In this document: piece by piece, positions 1-10,000 of the stretch
Layout of the letters: each line of letters begins with the position of its first letter
Position numbering within the stretch: the first letter of the stretch is position 1
IMG/VR virus record: IMGVR_UViG_3300049794_000047
DNA: 64,000 nt
Origin: a virus
Taxonomy: Duplodnaviria > Caudoviricetes
Direction: 5' to 3' (one strand)
The notes under the pieces: generated by a model
Seen by the model: only the letters and a program-made list of their open reading frames with translations
What the model was told of the DNA's origin: nothing
Databases searched by the model: none
Translations under genes and position numbers: made by a program

Positions 1-449
1 CACGTACAGCGCGGCGTCACTGGTCGCTCGCGGACTTGATGATCACGGTCCAGCGGTCGGTAAAGTCGAGCCAGACCGTTCGGGACGACCCCACCCGTCC
101 GCCAGGGCGTAGGCCCGTTTCTGTTGTCTGAACGTGTTGTCTGGCGGCAAATTCGAGGAGGATCCGTTTTTGCGCGCCCCGCTCTCTGGCGCGGCACGGG
201 CGTTCTCGACATCGACGACCAGGGCCATCAGGCCGATGAGCGGCAGCCCCGCCCACGTCTAAGGCCCCGCGCGAGAGAAGCTTGTTGGGCTGCTGTACGA
301 GGGTCAAAAGGTGGGGAGGTGTGCGACCCGCACGCTGTGGCTGGACAAACGGCGAACAACACGATCAAGCCTGCGCGGTGACCTCGATCATGCCGAGTTT
401 CGCAGACAGATCCTGACGCGGTGCGCTTGGCGATGGTAGGCTGCCGCTT

Positions 450-815
450 ATGTCGATTGAGCAAGCGCGCGCGGAAGCCGTTGTGTGGAAGAAGGAGAGC
501 CAGGCGCGGCTAAAAAGCGCATTGGCCCTCCTGCGCGAGTTTCGTAAAAGCCTTGACAAGCTCTGCGACGGACTTCGCTCGACGGCCGTCGCGGTTGAGC
601 GTGATGCCACGCGGGTCGCCAAGATGTACGAGCGTGCACTTGACGAGGAGAGTGAAGAGTACGACAGCGACTGGGACATGATGACGACCCTGCAAGAAAT
701 CCCGGTGATCGCTGATGAAGCCGATGACACCAAGTTACAAGCAGGCGAGGCGATCGAGGGGTTGATCTCGCAACTGGAGGAGGTCATCGAGGCTGTCAAG
801 GCGATCGAGTCCTGA
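450..815 (+). CDS. hypothetical coiled-coil protein
   Basis: 121-aa ORF, helical and acidic; no recognised motif. Confidence 0.6.
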   Translation: MSIEQARAEAVVWKKESQARLKSALALLREFRKSLDKLCDGLRSTAVAVERDATRVAKMYERALDEESEEYDSDWDMMTTLQEIPVIADEADDTKLQAGEAIEGLISQLEEVIEAVKAIES

Positions 816-1010
816 CACTGCGCGGGGTGCATCCGCGACACATTCGAGGTTTCACCCTGCTCTCCGTCAGGCGTAGAAGTGCCGAATCCAGTCCGGGCCA
901 AACGTGCCAAATCGTGACGGGTCATGCACGAACGTCTGCTGACCCCTGAGTGTTATGACCACGGGACCACTGCTATTCCCGCTGGGGCCTGCGAACACAA
1001 CGTGCATTGG

Positions 1011-1130
1011 CTGCTCTCTAGGCCGTGAACATTTGTACGCATTCACGGTTAGTTTCCACTTCCCGGATCAACGTGCGCGGGCGACGACGTCGTCCACCGC
1101 GTAGAGGTACGATCATCCATGGACGTAGGA
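1011..1130 (-). ncRNA. putative TnpB guide scaffold (omega/reRNA) at right end
   Basis: Blocks CGTCCATGGATGATCGT, GAAGTGGAAACTAA, CCGTGA and terminal AGCAG are conserved with 16195-16310; position typical of TnpB RNAs; 5' boundary uncertain. Confidence 0.7.
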
Positions 1131-2320
1131 GTCGCGCTGTTCGCGCGACTCCAGTTCCCCTCAAGCCGAGGGTACTGTTCCAAATTCAGCGCAGCTGTCC
1201 TATCACGATCTCCGCGATAGCCGCACGTCTTGCAAACATATTCGGCGTCCCCTAGCACCAGTCTGTCCTCGCCCGTCTTGATGTATCCGCAGATCGGACA
1301 CCGTTGCGTGGACGGAAAGTGGCGGGCCGCGACGACCAATGTCGTCCCCCAGTACAGGACCTTGTACACCATCATTGGCCGAAACATGCCCAGGGCCACG
1401 TCAGACACGGTCCTCGACAACCTCCGATTCTTTTGCATGAACGCCATCGATAGATCCTCGATCACGACCGCTTGGTTTTCACGGCAGAGATCGGTGGTCT
1501 TCTTGTGCCACCAGTCTTTCCGAACATAGGCAACACGCTGGTGCACCTCGGCCAGTTTGATCCGGGACTTCTCCCGGTTCCTACTCCCTTTCTTTCGACG
1601 GTGGAGCTCGCGATTCGCAGACCTGAGCCGGCGCAGGGCCTTCTTCAGGGGCTTCGGAGCGAGGAGCGGATTACCATGCGAGGGCATGACGGCGGTCTTC
1701 AGTCCAAGATCGACACCCACGATCGGATGCCCGTGGACGTGATCAGAGGGCTTGAGGACCCGTGTCTCTACGTTGAACGCGATGAACCACTGATCCGCCC
1801 GACGATACACCCGCGCGCCGAGGATCCGCCCTTGCCAGCGCAGGGGTTCTCTCATCCGCACGTCGCCGATCACAGGAAGACGCACCACACCGCGCTTGCC
1901 GCACTGACGGACCTTGATCTTATCGTTGGATACGTAGAAGCAGTCATTGCCTCCACGCTTCCGATACGTGGGGCGACCGATCTTTGGACCCTTCCGGGTT
2001 CCCTTGCGGGACGCGAAGAAATTGGCGTAGGCGCGGCCGAGATCTGCAAACGCCTGGCTATTCGCGTCGCGCGGGCTCTCCAGGATCCATGGATACGTCT
2101 CTTCTTTGATCTCGTTGAACAGGCGCTTGATCTCGTGCGCGTTGGGCTGTCCGCCCATTTCGTACTGAGCGCTCCATTCGGAGAGACCCCAGTTGAAGGC
2201 GAACCTGTGAACGCCGCACGCACGCGCGAGAGCGTTCGCGACCCCGACCGTCGGATCGAGGCGAATCACGTGACCTCGATCGGAGGTGCCTTCAAGTTTA
2301 GGGCGCCTGGAGGTTCTCAT
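1049..2320 (-). CDS. tnpB: TnpB RNA-guided nuclease (IS607 type)
   Basis: N-terminal HVIRLDPT..RFAFNWGL; RuvC VGVDLG / VVIEDL / DRDRTAALNL; Zn finger CPIC..CKTC; ATG 2320 overlaps the upstream TGA. Confidence 0.93.
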   Translation of the reverse strand: MRTSRRPKLEGTSDRGHVIRLDPTVGVANALARACGVHRFAFNWGLSEWSAQYEMGGQPNAHEIKRLFNEIKEETYPWILESPRDANSQAFADLGRAYANFFASRKGTRKGPKIGRPTYRKRGGNDCFYVSNDKIKVRQCGKRGVVRLPVIGDVRMREPLRWQGRILGARVYRRADQWFIAFNVETRVLKPSDHVHGHPIVGVDLGLKTAVMPSHGNPLLAPKPLKKALRRLRSANRELHRRKKGSRNREKSRIKLAEVHQRVAYVRKDWWHKKTTDLCRENQAVVIEDLSMAFMQKNRRLSRTVSDVALGMFRPMMVYKVLYWGTTLVVAARHFPSTQRCPICGYIKTGEDRLVLGDAEYVCKTCGYRGDRDRTAALNLEQYPRLEGNWSRANSATPTSMDDRTSTRWTTSSPAHVDPGSGN

Positions 2321-2415
2321 GTCAGGGCCGCCTGAAGTGACGGACGGTAGTTTCGCAGATCCCTGAGCCTTGCCGAAAAGCAGATCTGTCCGATTGTAAG
2401 CCCGTCGTGAGCCAT
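2317..2415 (-). CDS. mini-TnpA leader peptide (internally deleted tnpA, 32 aa)
   Basis: MAHDGLTIGQ-ICFSARLRDLRNYRPSLQAALT* matches the N- and C-termini of TnpA at 58319; ATGA overlap with tnpB. Confidence 0.75.
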   Translation of the reverse strand: MAHDGLTIGQICFSARLRDLRNYRPSLQAALT

Positions 2416-2879
2416 CTCGTAGAATCTTACACCTTTTTGAGACCAGAGTCAAGCTCCTCGCCGGGGTACTGGACGTCGACCGTGAAGACTCGCCGATCTG
2501 CGAAGGATTTGCCGGGCAAGATCTTCAGGATGCGAGGACCAGCGCTACTGCCCGTTTTCTTCGCCAGGATTTCGTCGACCTCGCGCTTGATCCGGGCGCT
2601 GGACTTTTTCTTGGGTACGTGTTCGACCGTGCTTGCTTCTTCAGGATGCAGCACAGTCCCTGTGTCATGCCACTCGAAGCCGTCCCAGCGTGTAATGGGC
2701 GCATAAGACCAGCCAGCCTGGCGGATCGCAACCCGTGCTTTTTTGGTTCGCGCGTCGTAGGTCTTACCTTCGACGTGTACGTAATTGCCCTTGCTGGCGG
2801 GTTTCTTCACTGCTTCAAAAGCGTACCACGTCACTCCGCGCTGCTGCTTCTTCTCGACGAGCGCTTTCTCGTCGATGTT

Positions 2880-3590
2880 TCACAGCGCCGGCAATCCTAG
2901 CGCCGTACGGCAGCGCTTACAGGTGATCTTGCTTGGGTCCGAGGTCTTTGTAAGAAACTGCCCTCCCCCGCGCCCAACGCCGCGGCAGAGGGTGCCGATG
3001 ACCTGCCGGACTATTCCACCGTGAATGGTCTTGACCGGACGCTCCATGTGGACGGTTTCGACCTTCGCCGCTGCGCCGGTTGTCGGGTACTTTTCCGGCG
3101 ACCATGTCGCGATCACCTTTTCGTAGGCGCCGATCGCACACTCCAACTCGTCCTTGAGGGCCTCTTGCTCGGAGACGTGCCGCTTGTGCTCTCGCTCGTA
3201 CAGGGGCCGACCATCGCGTGGCCACGGGTCATCCTTTCCGTAGCGTAGGGTCACCGGCCGTGACAGGTCCGGCAGCCCGCCGCGGACCTTGTTGTGGCTA
3301 CCGGGTTGGCGCGGGTACCAGATGAAGTCCGGGTTGCCTTCGAGCCGGCGCAACTCCTTCTCGACGGCGACTAACTGCTCGCGCGCATTGCTGAGAGCCC
3401 ACTGCGTGCCCTCGTATGAGATCCCGAGGTGCTGGAAGTTTGAGCCTCTGCACGAGCCCCTGTGGAAGCCACCGGACTGACCGTGGCGAACGTTGATTGC
3501 CGAGAAGCCATGCCGAATCGGATGATCACCCTGCAACTGCATCGGGCGCAGGCAGACGCTGCACGTACCTTTGCGCTTGTCGGTGGCCAC
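2880..3590 (-). CDS. hypothetical protein with Cys pairs
   Basis: 236 aa; CSVC, H..HG and CKRC motifs. Confidence 0.6.
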   Translation of the reverse strand: MATDKRKGTCSVCLRPMQLQGDHPIRHGFSAINVRHGQSGGFHRGSCRGSNFQHLGISYEGTQWALSNAREQLVAVEKELRRLEGNPDFIWYPRQPGSHNKVRGGLPDLSRPVTLRYGKDDPWPRDGRPLYEREHKRHVSEQEALKDELECAIGAYEKVIATWSPEKYPTTGAAAKVETVHMERPVKTIHGGIVRQVIGTLCRGVGRGGGQFLTKTSDPSKITCKRCRTALGLPAL

Positions 3591-3654
3591 GACTAGTAGT
3601 CCATCATGTTGTTGTAAGCTTCAAGGCTATTGGGCTGATGGCCCGTGCATTTAT

Positions 3655-4035
3655 TTACCGCGTCCCACGGGCCCTTTTGTCGCGCACGATGATGACGAAG
3701 TCATCCGGTCCGCCGCTGGCGAAGGCAGAATAACGTTTCCCCTTGATACGGACATGACCTTCGATGTCATGGCCGGAGTAACGCGCCCCCTCTAGCCGGA
3801 GGCTGTCTGCGATTTTCTCGTGTGCCCAACGCGCCCAGTCAGAGGTATATTTGGTGATCGGATCGCCAAACTTATCCTTTGCTCCGACAGGAAGCTTGAT
3901 AAGACGAACGGCCGGGGCTCGTACCTCAATCGGGCGACCGAAGTGGTCGTGGCGCAGCACGCGAAGTTCGCTGGACTTGCCTTCGCCCTGGCTCAGTATT
4001 TCGTCAACCTCGCGAGCGATCCGTGTCTTCGGCAT
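3655..4035 (-). CDS. hypothetical protein with N-terminal RIAREVDEIL motif
   Basis: 126 aa; TGgTAGGAT extended -10 lies 8 nt upstream of the ATG. Confidence 0.65.
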   Translation of the reverse strand: MPKTRIAREVDEILSQGEGKSSELRVLRHDHFGRPIEVRAPAVRLIKLPVGAKDKFGDPITKYTSDWARWAHEKIADSLRLEGARYSGHDIEGHVRIKGKRYSAFASGGPDDFVIIVRDKRARGTR

Positions 4036-4089
4036 GGAGCCGATCCTACCACGTTCAAAGGCGGGTTACGAAAGGACATTGTGCAGTTG

Positions 4090-4155
4090 CTCGTGCCGGC
4101 CGTCTCTTCGTCGGCGAAGTCCTCGGACGGGTGGCTCCAGTACGGACAGGTCTGG
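4090..4155 (-). pseudogene. 3' remnant of HTH-zinc-ribbon gene
   Basis: TCPYWSHPSEDFADEET matches CPHCGRPPDDFxDEET. Confidence 0.65.
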
Positions 4156-4348
4156 GTCAACAGCCAACAGCCTACACCTGGCGCGGAAAACGTCCAGTGG
4201 CCAGCGGTCCACGACCCGCAGGCGACCCGCAGGCGAGCGGCAGGCGAGCGGCAGGCGAGCGGCGCCACGCTCCTGCGTGTCCACGTTTTTAAGGCCGTGC
4301 CTGACGTCGACCGTTCGAGGTATCGCCCACGTTACATCAACCATTTCA

Positions 4349-4978
4349 TCAAATTCCCGTGGGGCCCGTGAATTTCACCGCGGTCCCGACGAGCGTCGCC
4401 TCGAAGACTTCGCCCGCGGCGAGAGGGCCGACGTACTCGACGGTCAGGACGAAATGCATGCCTATCTGACAGACCTCAAGACGGAGTTCGCTCATGATCC
4501 CGCCCTTGCGAAAGCGCTCTCCGGGAATCGGGGACAGAATCGAATGTGGAGATTGCGAACAGTAGCCGATCTTGATGTCGTGCACGCGCCAGTGCGACGG
4601 GTCCCCATTGATCTCGATTTCCTCGACACGATACAACAGCCATTGTGGAATCGCGGTCACCTCCGCGAACTGACCCGGAATGATGGGAAGTGGACGGTTG
4701 CTGTTGTCGTGCGAGCTTATGGTCATTGGGACACGTAGCGTACGGCCTGCGAGGTCTGCCAGTGCCTTTTCTGCGACAACCTCGCGCGCTGATGAGATGT
4801 ACACGTCAAGAATTCGCCCGAGTGCCTCTGGAGGTAGTGCGAGTCTGCAACGAATTTCGTCGCATTCCTGCAGCACGTCTGCCGTTCGCTGGAATGCCGC
4901 CTTCCTCATGACATCGTCGAGGATCGGTGGGGAGGAGGAAGGCTGGTAGTTGAAGGGGTGCGGAGCAGGTTGAATCAT
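4349..4978 (-). CDS. beta-rich repeat-domain protein (1 unit), paralog family
   Basis: IIPGQFAEVTAIPQ..WRVHDIKIG..SQ..PIPGE..LTVEYVG..F.ATLVG. Confidence 0.7.
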   Translation of the reverse strand: MIQPAPHPFNYQPSSSPPILDDVMRKAAFQRTADVLQECDEIRCRLALPPEALGRILDVYISSAREVVAEKALADLAGRTLRVPMTISSHDNSNRPLPIIPGQFAEVTAIPQWLLYRVEEIEINGDPSHWRVHDIKIGYCSQSPHSILSPIPGERFRKGGIMSELRLEVCQIGMHFVLTVEYVGPLAAGEVFEATLVGTAVKFTGPTGI

Positions 4979-4996
4979 CGCCCAATCCTATCACTG

Positions 4997-5086
4997 CCAA
5001 CGACCAACGACCAACGACCAACGACCAACGACCAACGACCGACGCCCAACGACCAACGACCAACGACCAACGACCGACGACCGACG
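4997..5086. repeat. 7-bp tandem repeat (CCAACGA)n, about 12-13 units
   Basis: Directly visible; intergenic. Confidence 0.95.
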
Positions 5087-5169
5087 CTCGGTCTGATTCG
5101 TAGGCACGACGAGCCCCACGGGCGCTTCCATCATAGCGGTAACTGTCCGGGCGACGGGGCGAGTGCCGA

Positions 5170-5421
5170 TCAGCGATACGTGCCGCGTTCACAGGTGCCG
5201 TGCTCGTAAGGCGTAGGTGCGAAGCCTCGCGGTTCATGTGCATATTCGTGAGGCGCAGGCGTGAAGTCCCGTGGTGCATGGCCACGTGCGATCGTCACGA
5301 TTCCTTTTACGACAGCGAGCCCCAGAAAGAACGCCATCCAAGGGTGCTCGTTGAAAAAAGAGGGCCCTGAAGAGGGGCGTTGGACATGTTTGGTAAGAAA
5401 AGAGGAGGAAGACTGCGGCAT
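5170..5421 (-). CDS. small membrane protein
   Basis: TM segment WMAFFLGLAVVKGIVTIA. Confidence 0.55.
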   Translation of the reverse strand: MPQSSSSFLTKHVQRPSSGPSFFNEHPWMAFFLGLAVVKGIVTIARGHAPRDFTPAPHEYAHEPRGFAPTPYEHGTCERGTYR

Positions 5422-5540
5422 TGGAAAAGTCTACTACAGGAGCGCCGAACGGGCACCCCGGCTTTGGAATCCATGCCGAAGCACACCGCTAATGCCCGCG
5501 CCTCAATCGTAAACTTTGGGCGCCTCGACGATCGGCCCCC

Positions 5541-6131
5541 TCAATGTCGGCGAGTCGAGGTCCTGGCCCAGGCGATCGCGGCAGTTTCGAGAGCACCGAC
5601 CGCGCCGGCGCTTTGCTGCGGATCAGCCGTTGCCACTGCACGGGCGGCGTCGAGCAGGGCAGGAAGCTCTGGGGCTCGTTTCCTGGGGGCTACGCCGCGC
5701 AGCCACTTGTCGCGACGCTCGGTCCGCGGGTGTAGCTTGACGATGGTCTCGTACGCACGGAGGATTGAGGGCGAGGCTCCGGACCACGCGAGATACCATG
5801 CGAGGGTGAGCGGGGCGCGCTCTTGCGCGTGAATGCAGTGGACGAGGACTTTCTTGCCACTGTAGAGCCTCCACCAGATCGTCTCCGCGATGAGGTCGAG
5901 CTTGTGAGGATCGGCGTGCCAGCCCCCAGGACCGTCGATCATGAACGGCAGGTCCAGCGACCCTTCAGGCTCGTGCGGCAACTCTTCCTTACGCTTGTAC
6001 CTCGATCGATACTCGGTCACCGAGACGCACGCCCAGTCGTCCGGCACGCGGGGACCAAGAGCCTCGGCGTCCTCGCGCCCGCCGAGGAAGAGTTTCGGGA
6101 GGATCTCGGTCGCCCTCATCTGAAGCATCAT
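5541..6131 (-). CDS. dual-specificity/tyrosine phosphatase-like protein
   Basis: TEILPKLFLGG N-terminus and VLVHCIHAQER (CX5R) loop. Confidence 0.75.
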   Translation of the reverse strand: MMLQMRATEILPKLFLGGREDAEALGPRVPDDWACVSVTEYRSRYKRKEELPHEPEGSLDLPFMIDGPGGWHADPHKLDLIAETIWWRLYSGKKVLVHCIHAQERAPLTLAWYLAWSGASPSILRAYETIVKLHPRTERRDKWLRGVAPRKRAPELPALLDAARAVATADPQQSAGAVGALETAAIAWARTSTRRH

Positions 6132-6420
6132 GCGCGCGATTGTCGCTCTAACGAGGGAACGTGGGGAGCCTGGATTGGTGCTCCAGACTATTTGGGGTTC
6201 CGTACCCCAAGTTGGCTCCGACTGCGATCCTGGGCGCTGGGCCGTGCACGGTGTAGGGCTGCGAGCTCTTTCAAAAATTCAGGCTTCTTGCGCGAAACAT
6301 GTGTATCCGGCAGGCCTGATGCACGAGCGTGGAACTTATGGCGCAAAGACGCAGAACACACCGGATCTTCAGGTGCAGAATAGGAGGCCTCCGATCCTGG
6401 GGCTTGACGTCACGGAGAAA

Positions 6421-6603
6421 CATGCGGCCGTGAATATTGGCGCTGCTATCTTGTTAATAGCACTGGGTACGGGAATTGGCTACAAAGTGACCCCCAAGGA
6501 TCCGGGCAAGGGCGCTGCCTTAGGCATTGCGGCTGGGTTCGCTCTTAGCCTCATGGGGCAGCAAGCTTCGGCGCTGTGTCGCATTTCCATGCAATCCGCG
6601 TAG
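6421..6603 (+). CDS. small two-TM membrane protein
   Basis: IGAAILLIALGTGIG..GAALGIAAGFALSLMG; start uncertain. Confidence 0.45.
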   Translation, partial: HAAVNIGAAILLIALGTGIGYKVTPKDPGKGAALGIAAGFALSLMGQQASALCRISMQSA

Positions 6604-6638
6604 TTGCACTGCAATGGAGGAGGCGGCGGCTCGGGGCC

Positions 6639-7052
6639 CTAGTAGTCATCCCTCGCGACGGCTGCCCGAATACTGTCGGCACCGAGGATGTAGAGTGCCA
6701 AGGACCTGTGGTTGCCTCCCAGAAGGTAGTAGGTGCGGCCAGGACCAGGCGTCACACGGATGTCGTCCTTCATCTGGTACAACGTGTCGGCCCCTTTGTC
6801 GACGAGCCACCTGAGAGCCTCGCGCTGCGCGGGCCAACCCTTGTGATCGGGAACCTCCCTGCCCTCGTAAGCTGCCTTAACCTTCTTCGCCAACCTGGTG
6901 AACGGGAGCTCGCTGAGCGAGCGGAAGTTGAACACGTCCCGCATGCCATACTTCCGGCCGCGGTGGAGGCCGATGTTGCTATGGTACAGGACGAGATCGT
7001 CGAAGGGGATCGCGATTAGCTGCTCGGGCTTCACCTTTTTCTTCTTCGACAT
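6639..7052 (-). CDS. ParB/Srx-like small protein
   Basis: YYLLGGNHRSLAL resembles the ParB-N DGxHR motif. Confidence 0.5.
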   Translation of the reverse strand: MSKKKKVKPEQLIAIPFDDLVLYHSNIGLHRGRKYGMRDVFNFRSLSELPFTRLAKKVKAAYEGREVPDHKGWPAQREALRWLVDKGADTLYQMKDDIRVTPGPGRTYYLLGGNHRSLALYILGADSIRAAVARDDY

Positions 7053-7249
7053 AGCCTGCAACTAATTTCACACGGCTGTTACCTCGGCGCATACATTTTC
7101 CTGCAGCCCCACAGGAGAGGCGGTCGCGCAGGGCGTGGAGTGAAGATCTCTGGTAGACGCCTCCGCGTGCACTCGAGACGCGCGGGGTGAACGCCGATCC
7201 TGCCGCGTAGCTTCCCGGTGCACGGCCGTGCTGGGCTTGACCGAAGTGC

Positions 7250-7627
7250 TCAGGCCAGCACGGCCCGCACGTACTTGACGTGGATCGTGAGCGGTTGCGT
7301 CGGCTCGTGGTCGTTGGTGTTCGTGATGGTGATCTCGAAGTTCTCGGGCGTCGTACCGGACATTTGGACCGAGGGCTGAAGGTTGGTGAAGGCTCCGGGT
7401 GTCAGACCCAGCGTGAAGTCGATCTGGACGGCGTCCGCGAGCTCGACGAGGCCTCCCTCGAAGGCGTAGGGCTCTGCGGTGAACGCCTGTGGGAGTCGGA
7501 CCTCTGGGTTCGAGGTTGATCGAAACAGGCCGATCGTGCCAGACGCGTCAGACGCCAGGCTCAGGCCGTGGATGACGAGCTCTTGGGCAGATGTTTGTAG
7601 GATGCTGTGGGTGCCCGTGAATGACAT
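7250..7627 (-). CDS. beta-rich hypothetical protein, possibly structural
   Basis: 125 aa, Thr/Ser/Gly-rich with alternating hydrophobic pattern. Confidence 0.55.
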   Translation of the reverse strand: MSFTGTHSILQTSAQELVIHGLSLASDASGTIGLFRSTSNPEVRLPQAFTAEPYAFEGGLVELADAVQIDFTLGLTPGAFTNLQPSVQMSGTTPENFEITITNTNDHEPTQPLTIHVKYVRAVLA

Positions 7628-8022
7628 GAGGGCATGCTACCACCATTCGCGCTTTGTGATCTCCAGACGCAGTCATCCGTACAATGGCACAACGGCCCCT
7701 CATCTGGGCGCTCTCCGCTGGAAGTGTCTAAAATCACGCGATTTTCGTTGAGCGCGAGAGGTTAGCTGCAACGAGCTCAAAGCCCCCTAGTCGCGCGAGC
7801 TTCTCGGCGATGTTGCTGTCGAGCAGCGACCTCAGGACCTGGAAGCAAGGTGTGCCACGTCGCACCTGACGGTTCCAGGTTTCGCTGCCAGGCGACGTGC
7901 GGCGTCACTGACGAACGGTCCCGTCGACCGAGCGCGAAAGACGCCCGCGCCAGAGCCCCGACGAAAATCGTCGTGCCCGCCGGGGTGTCGTAAGGTCGGC
8001 GCTCCGACGCCCGTCGCGTGAA

Positions 8023-8502
8023 CTACGCGTAGGGAGGGGAGTCGAGAGAGTCGAGGATCACGTGGTCCTCATCAAACACGGGGGCGTCAGCCGCGATGAA
8101 CTCGAAGCCCATATAACTGCCGAGCAGGTCCTTACGCTGCAGTCCCAGCGTGGACATCCAGCCGCGTAGCAGGTGCCTGAACGTGATCCCCTTGCCGTCG
8201 TAGGGCGCGCGGGCGAGAAAGAAGTTCTCGGTGCGCCCTGACGGCGTTGTGACGTCACGATGGAGGATCACGACGAACCCCGCGGGGACACTGGCACTGG
8301 TCGCGAGTTCACCTTCACCGCGGATCCAGTAGACTGCGCCGCGGGTGTCGTAGCGCTTGTTGGTCACGCCGCGCTCCGCGAGTTTGTCAGCGACGTTTTC
8401 ATCAGAGCCGAACACGTCGTGTGCCTTCGCGCTGGAGAAGGCAGCTCGCTCGGAAAGGTGGTCGAGCACCTCGCGCTGCCGAGAGGTGATTGGAGCCGTC
8501 AT
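8023..8502 (-). CDS. hypothetical protein
   Basis: 159-aa ORF; ATG overlaps the stop of the upstream ORF. Confidence 0.55.
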   Translation of the reverse strand: MTAPITSRQREVLDHLSERAAFSSAKAHDVFGSDENVADKLAERGVTNKRYDTRGAVYWIRGEGELATSASVPAGFVVILHRDVTTPSGRTENFFLARAPYDGKGITFRHLLRGWMSTLGLQRKDLLGSYMGFEFIAADAPVFDEDHVILDSLDSPPYA

Positions 8503-8781
8503 TTACGTTGCCCCTTGTGGCTTGGGGATCGTGCGGATGTAAAGGCCGCGGACGTGCGGACGTAGACGCCGCGGACGAGAGCGCGGTGGCCCTTGGCTCT
8601 CAGCTCATGAACGATCTGTAGTGCGTGCGCGGGCGACTCGGCGAGGATCAGGCTGCCGCCCGGCGGAAAATTCTCCGCTTCTTCGGCGGCCGAGAGTTCG
8701 GTGCGCCAGCGCTCCTGGTCTTCGGTACTGCCACGATCGACGGGGAAGTTACGCATGCGTCCTCCAGTGCGCCCCCAGTTG

Positions 8782-9702
8782 TCAGGTCCCTGGCTGCACG
8801 TAGGGCACGCGCCAGTCACAGCGCGCGACAACCTCCTCAGCGAGGGCCTCCCCGGATGTCTGGATGCTCACGCGCACATCAGGTGGTGGTTGCTGGAGGT
8901 CTTCGCGCACAACCGTGCCCAAAAGGCGGGCCGCGAAGCAGCAGCCACTCTTGTTGAGTCCAATGTACGTGACGAGCAACTCGATTCGGGTGCCGGGATG
9001 TAACTTGACAAAGCTATCGATCGCGTTGGTCGCGAACATGTCGCCCGGTATGTCACCGGACTGCAAGAACTGCGAGGTTCCGTCGATGCGGATATCATTG
9101 ACGATCCAGTCAGCAGCGCCCCCGTCAGTACCCGTGTCCTCGATTTCTAGCATGCCGATCTCTAGGGGCCGCTCGAGCACTGCGGTGATCGTCGTCGTGA
9201 TGGTGGGAAGCAGCGTCTTTTTCGTCGCGATTGGCAGCACTGTCGGCCGTTGTGACGGGGTGCCACCGATGATCGACGCGAAGAGAGGCACTCCAAGTGA
9301 ATTCGAGCCGATGTACGTGACGGTGACGGCTACCTCGCTCTCCCGCTCAATCACGTCGAGGCCATGGAAGTTGAGATAGGAGAACGCGTGGCTGCCACCT
9401 GCGACAATACCTCTCGTCGTGAACAGGGCGCCCGACAGGTCCTTCACCTCGAGCTGCGAGACACCGTCAATCTCGATGTCGTTGATGATCCAGTCGCGCG
9501 CGCCGCCCGCCGTGCCGGCACTGGAGATGACGAGGCGCTCGAGCATGAGCGCGCCGCGCTTGGGCCTCCCGACGATCCGTGTCGGCACGTACGGCATGAC
9601 GGGATTCCCCGACGAGATGCCGAGCACCTCGCGAAAAGGCTGAATGTCTGATTTCATCGTCGGCAAGCTTACTACTTCGTGGGGCAAAATGCGAGCCTGC
9701 AA
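8782..9702 (-). CDS. beta-rich repeat-domain protein (2 units)
   Basis: Two copies of GGA.DWI(I/V)NDI.IDG.SQ....G..F....VTYIG. Confidence 0.75.
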   Translation of the reverse strand: MQARILPHEVVSLPTMKSDIQPFREVLGISSGNPVMPYVPTRIVGRPKRGALMLERLVISSAGTAGGARDWIINDIEIDGVSQLEVKDLSGALFTTRGIVAGGSHAFSYLNFHGLDVIERESEVAVTVTYIGSNSLGVPLFASIIGGTPSQRPTVLPIATKKTLLPTITTTITAVLERPLEIGMLEIEDTGTDGGAADWIVNDIRIDGTSQFLQSGDIPGDMFATNAIDSFVKLHPGTRIELLVTYIGLNKSGCCFAARLLGTVVREDLQQPPPDVRVSIQTSGEALAEEVVARCDWRVPYVQPGT

Positions 9703-9835
9703 GTGCGCTCTGTCCCCACGACGCTCACGCCTTCACGGCACCCCTGCGAGGGGCATCAGACATGAGCCGCGCGTGGTGTTTTCTTGGCCCCGGGATCTGA
9801 CGGTCGGATGATCTCGCCGGGAAACGGGTCGTGCA

Positions 9836-9905
9836 GGGGCTGTCCTCGACGATAGTCTCCTGCGACAGGCCGCCTGAGGACTTCACCGACGAGAGCGGAC
9901 ATGAA
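9836..9905 (-). pseudogene. HTH-zinc-ribbon 3' remnant containing a 34-bp inversion
   Basis: Flipping 9860-9893 restores SCPLCDRPPEDFTDEETIVEDSP. Confidence 0.75.
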
Positions 9906-9918
9906 TCGCACTAACTCA

Positions 9919-10000
9919 TCGTTCATCGGCAGACTGCGTCGTTCATCGGCAGCGCGCGTCGTTCATCGGCAGACTGCGTCGTTCATCGGCAGACTTCGTC
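9919..10000. repeat. 20-bp tandem repeat x4 (GTTCATCGGCAGACTGCGTC)
   Basis: Directly visible; reiterates the stop-codon region of 9983..10921. Confidence 0.9.

Larger units (their letters stand above)
1011..2453 (-). mobile_element. non-autonomous IS607-family element (mini-tnpA + tnpB + omega/reRNA)
   Basis: Left end CTTGACTCTGGTCT shared with 14915 and, diverged, with 58281; right end AGCAG shared with 16310; empty site restores an ORF. Confidence 0.85.
867..2834 (-). pseudogene. gene interrupted by IS607-TnpB element (N-part 2834-2454, C-part 1010-867)
   Basis: Removing 1011-2453 joins ...VDVQYPGEE in frame to PMHVVFAGPSG...WIRHFYA*; contains the KKSSARIKREVDEIL motif. Confidence 0.8.

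Noticed and set aside
1011-2453. IStron (group I intron-IS607 hybrid), since removal restores the host ORF
   Set aside because: Only about 40 nt lie between the left end and mini-tnpA, leaving no room for a group I catalytic core
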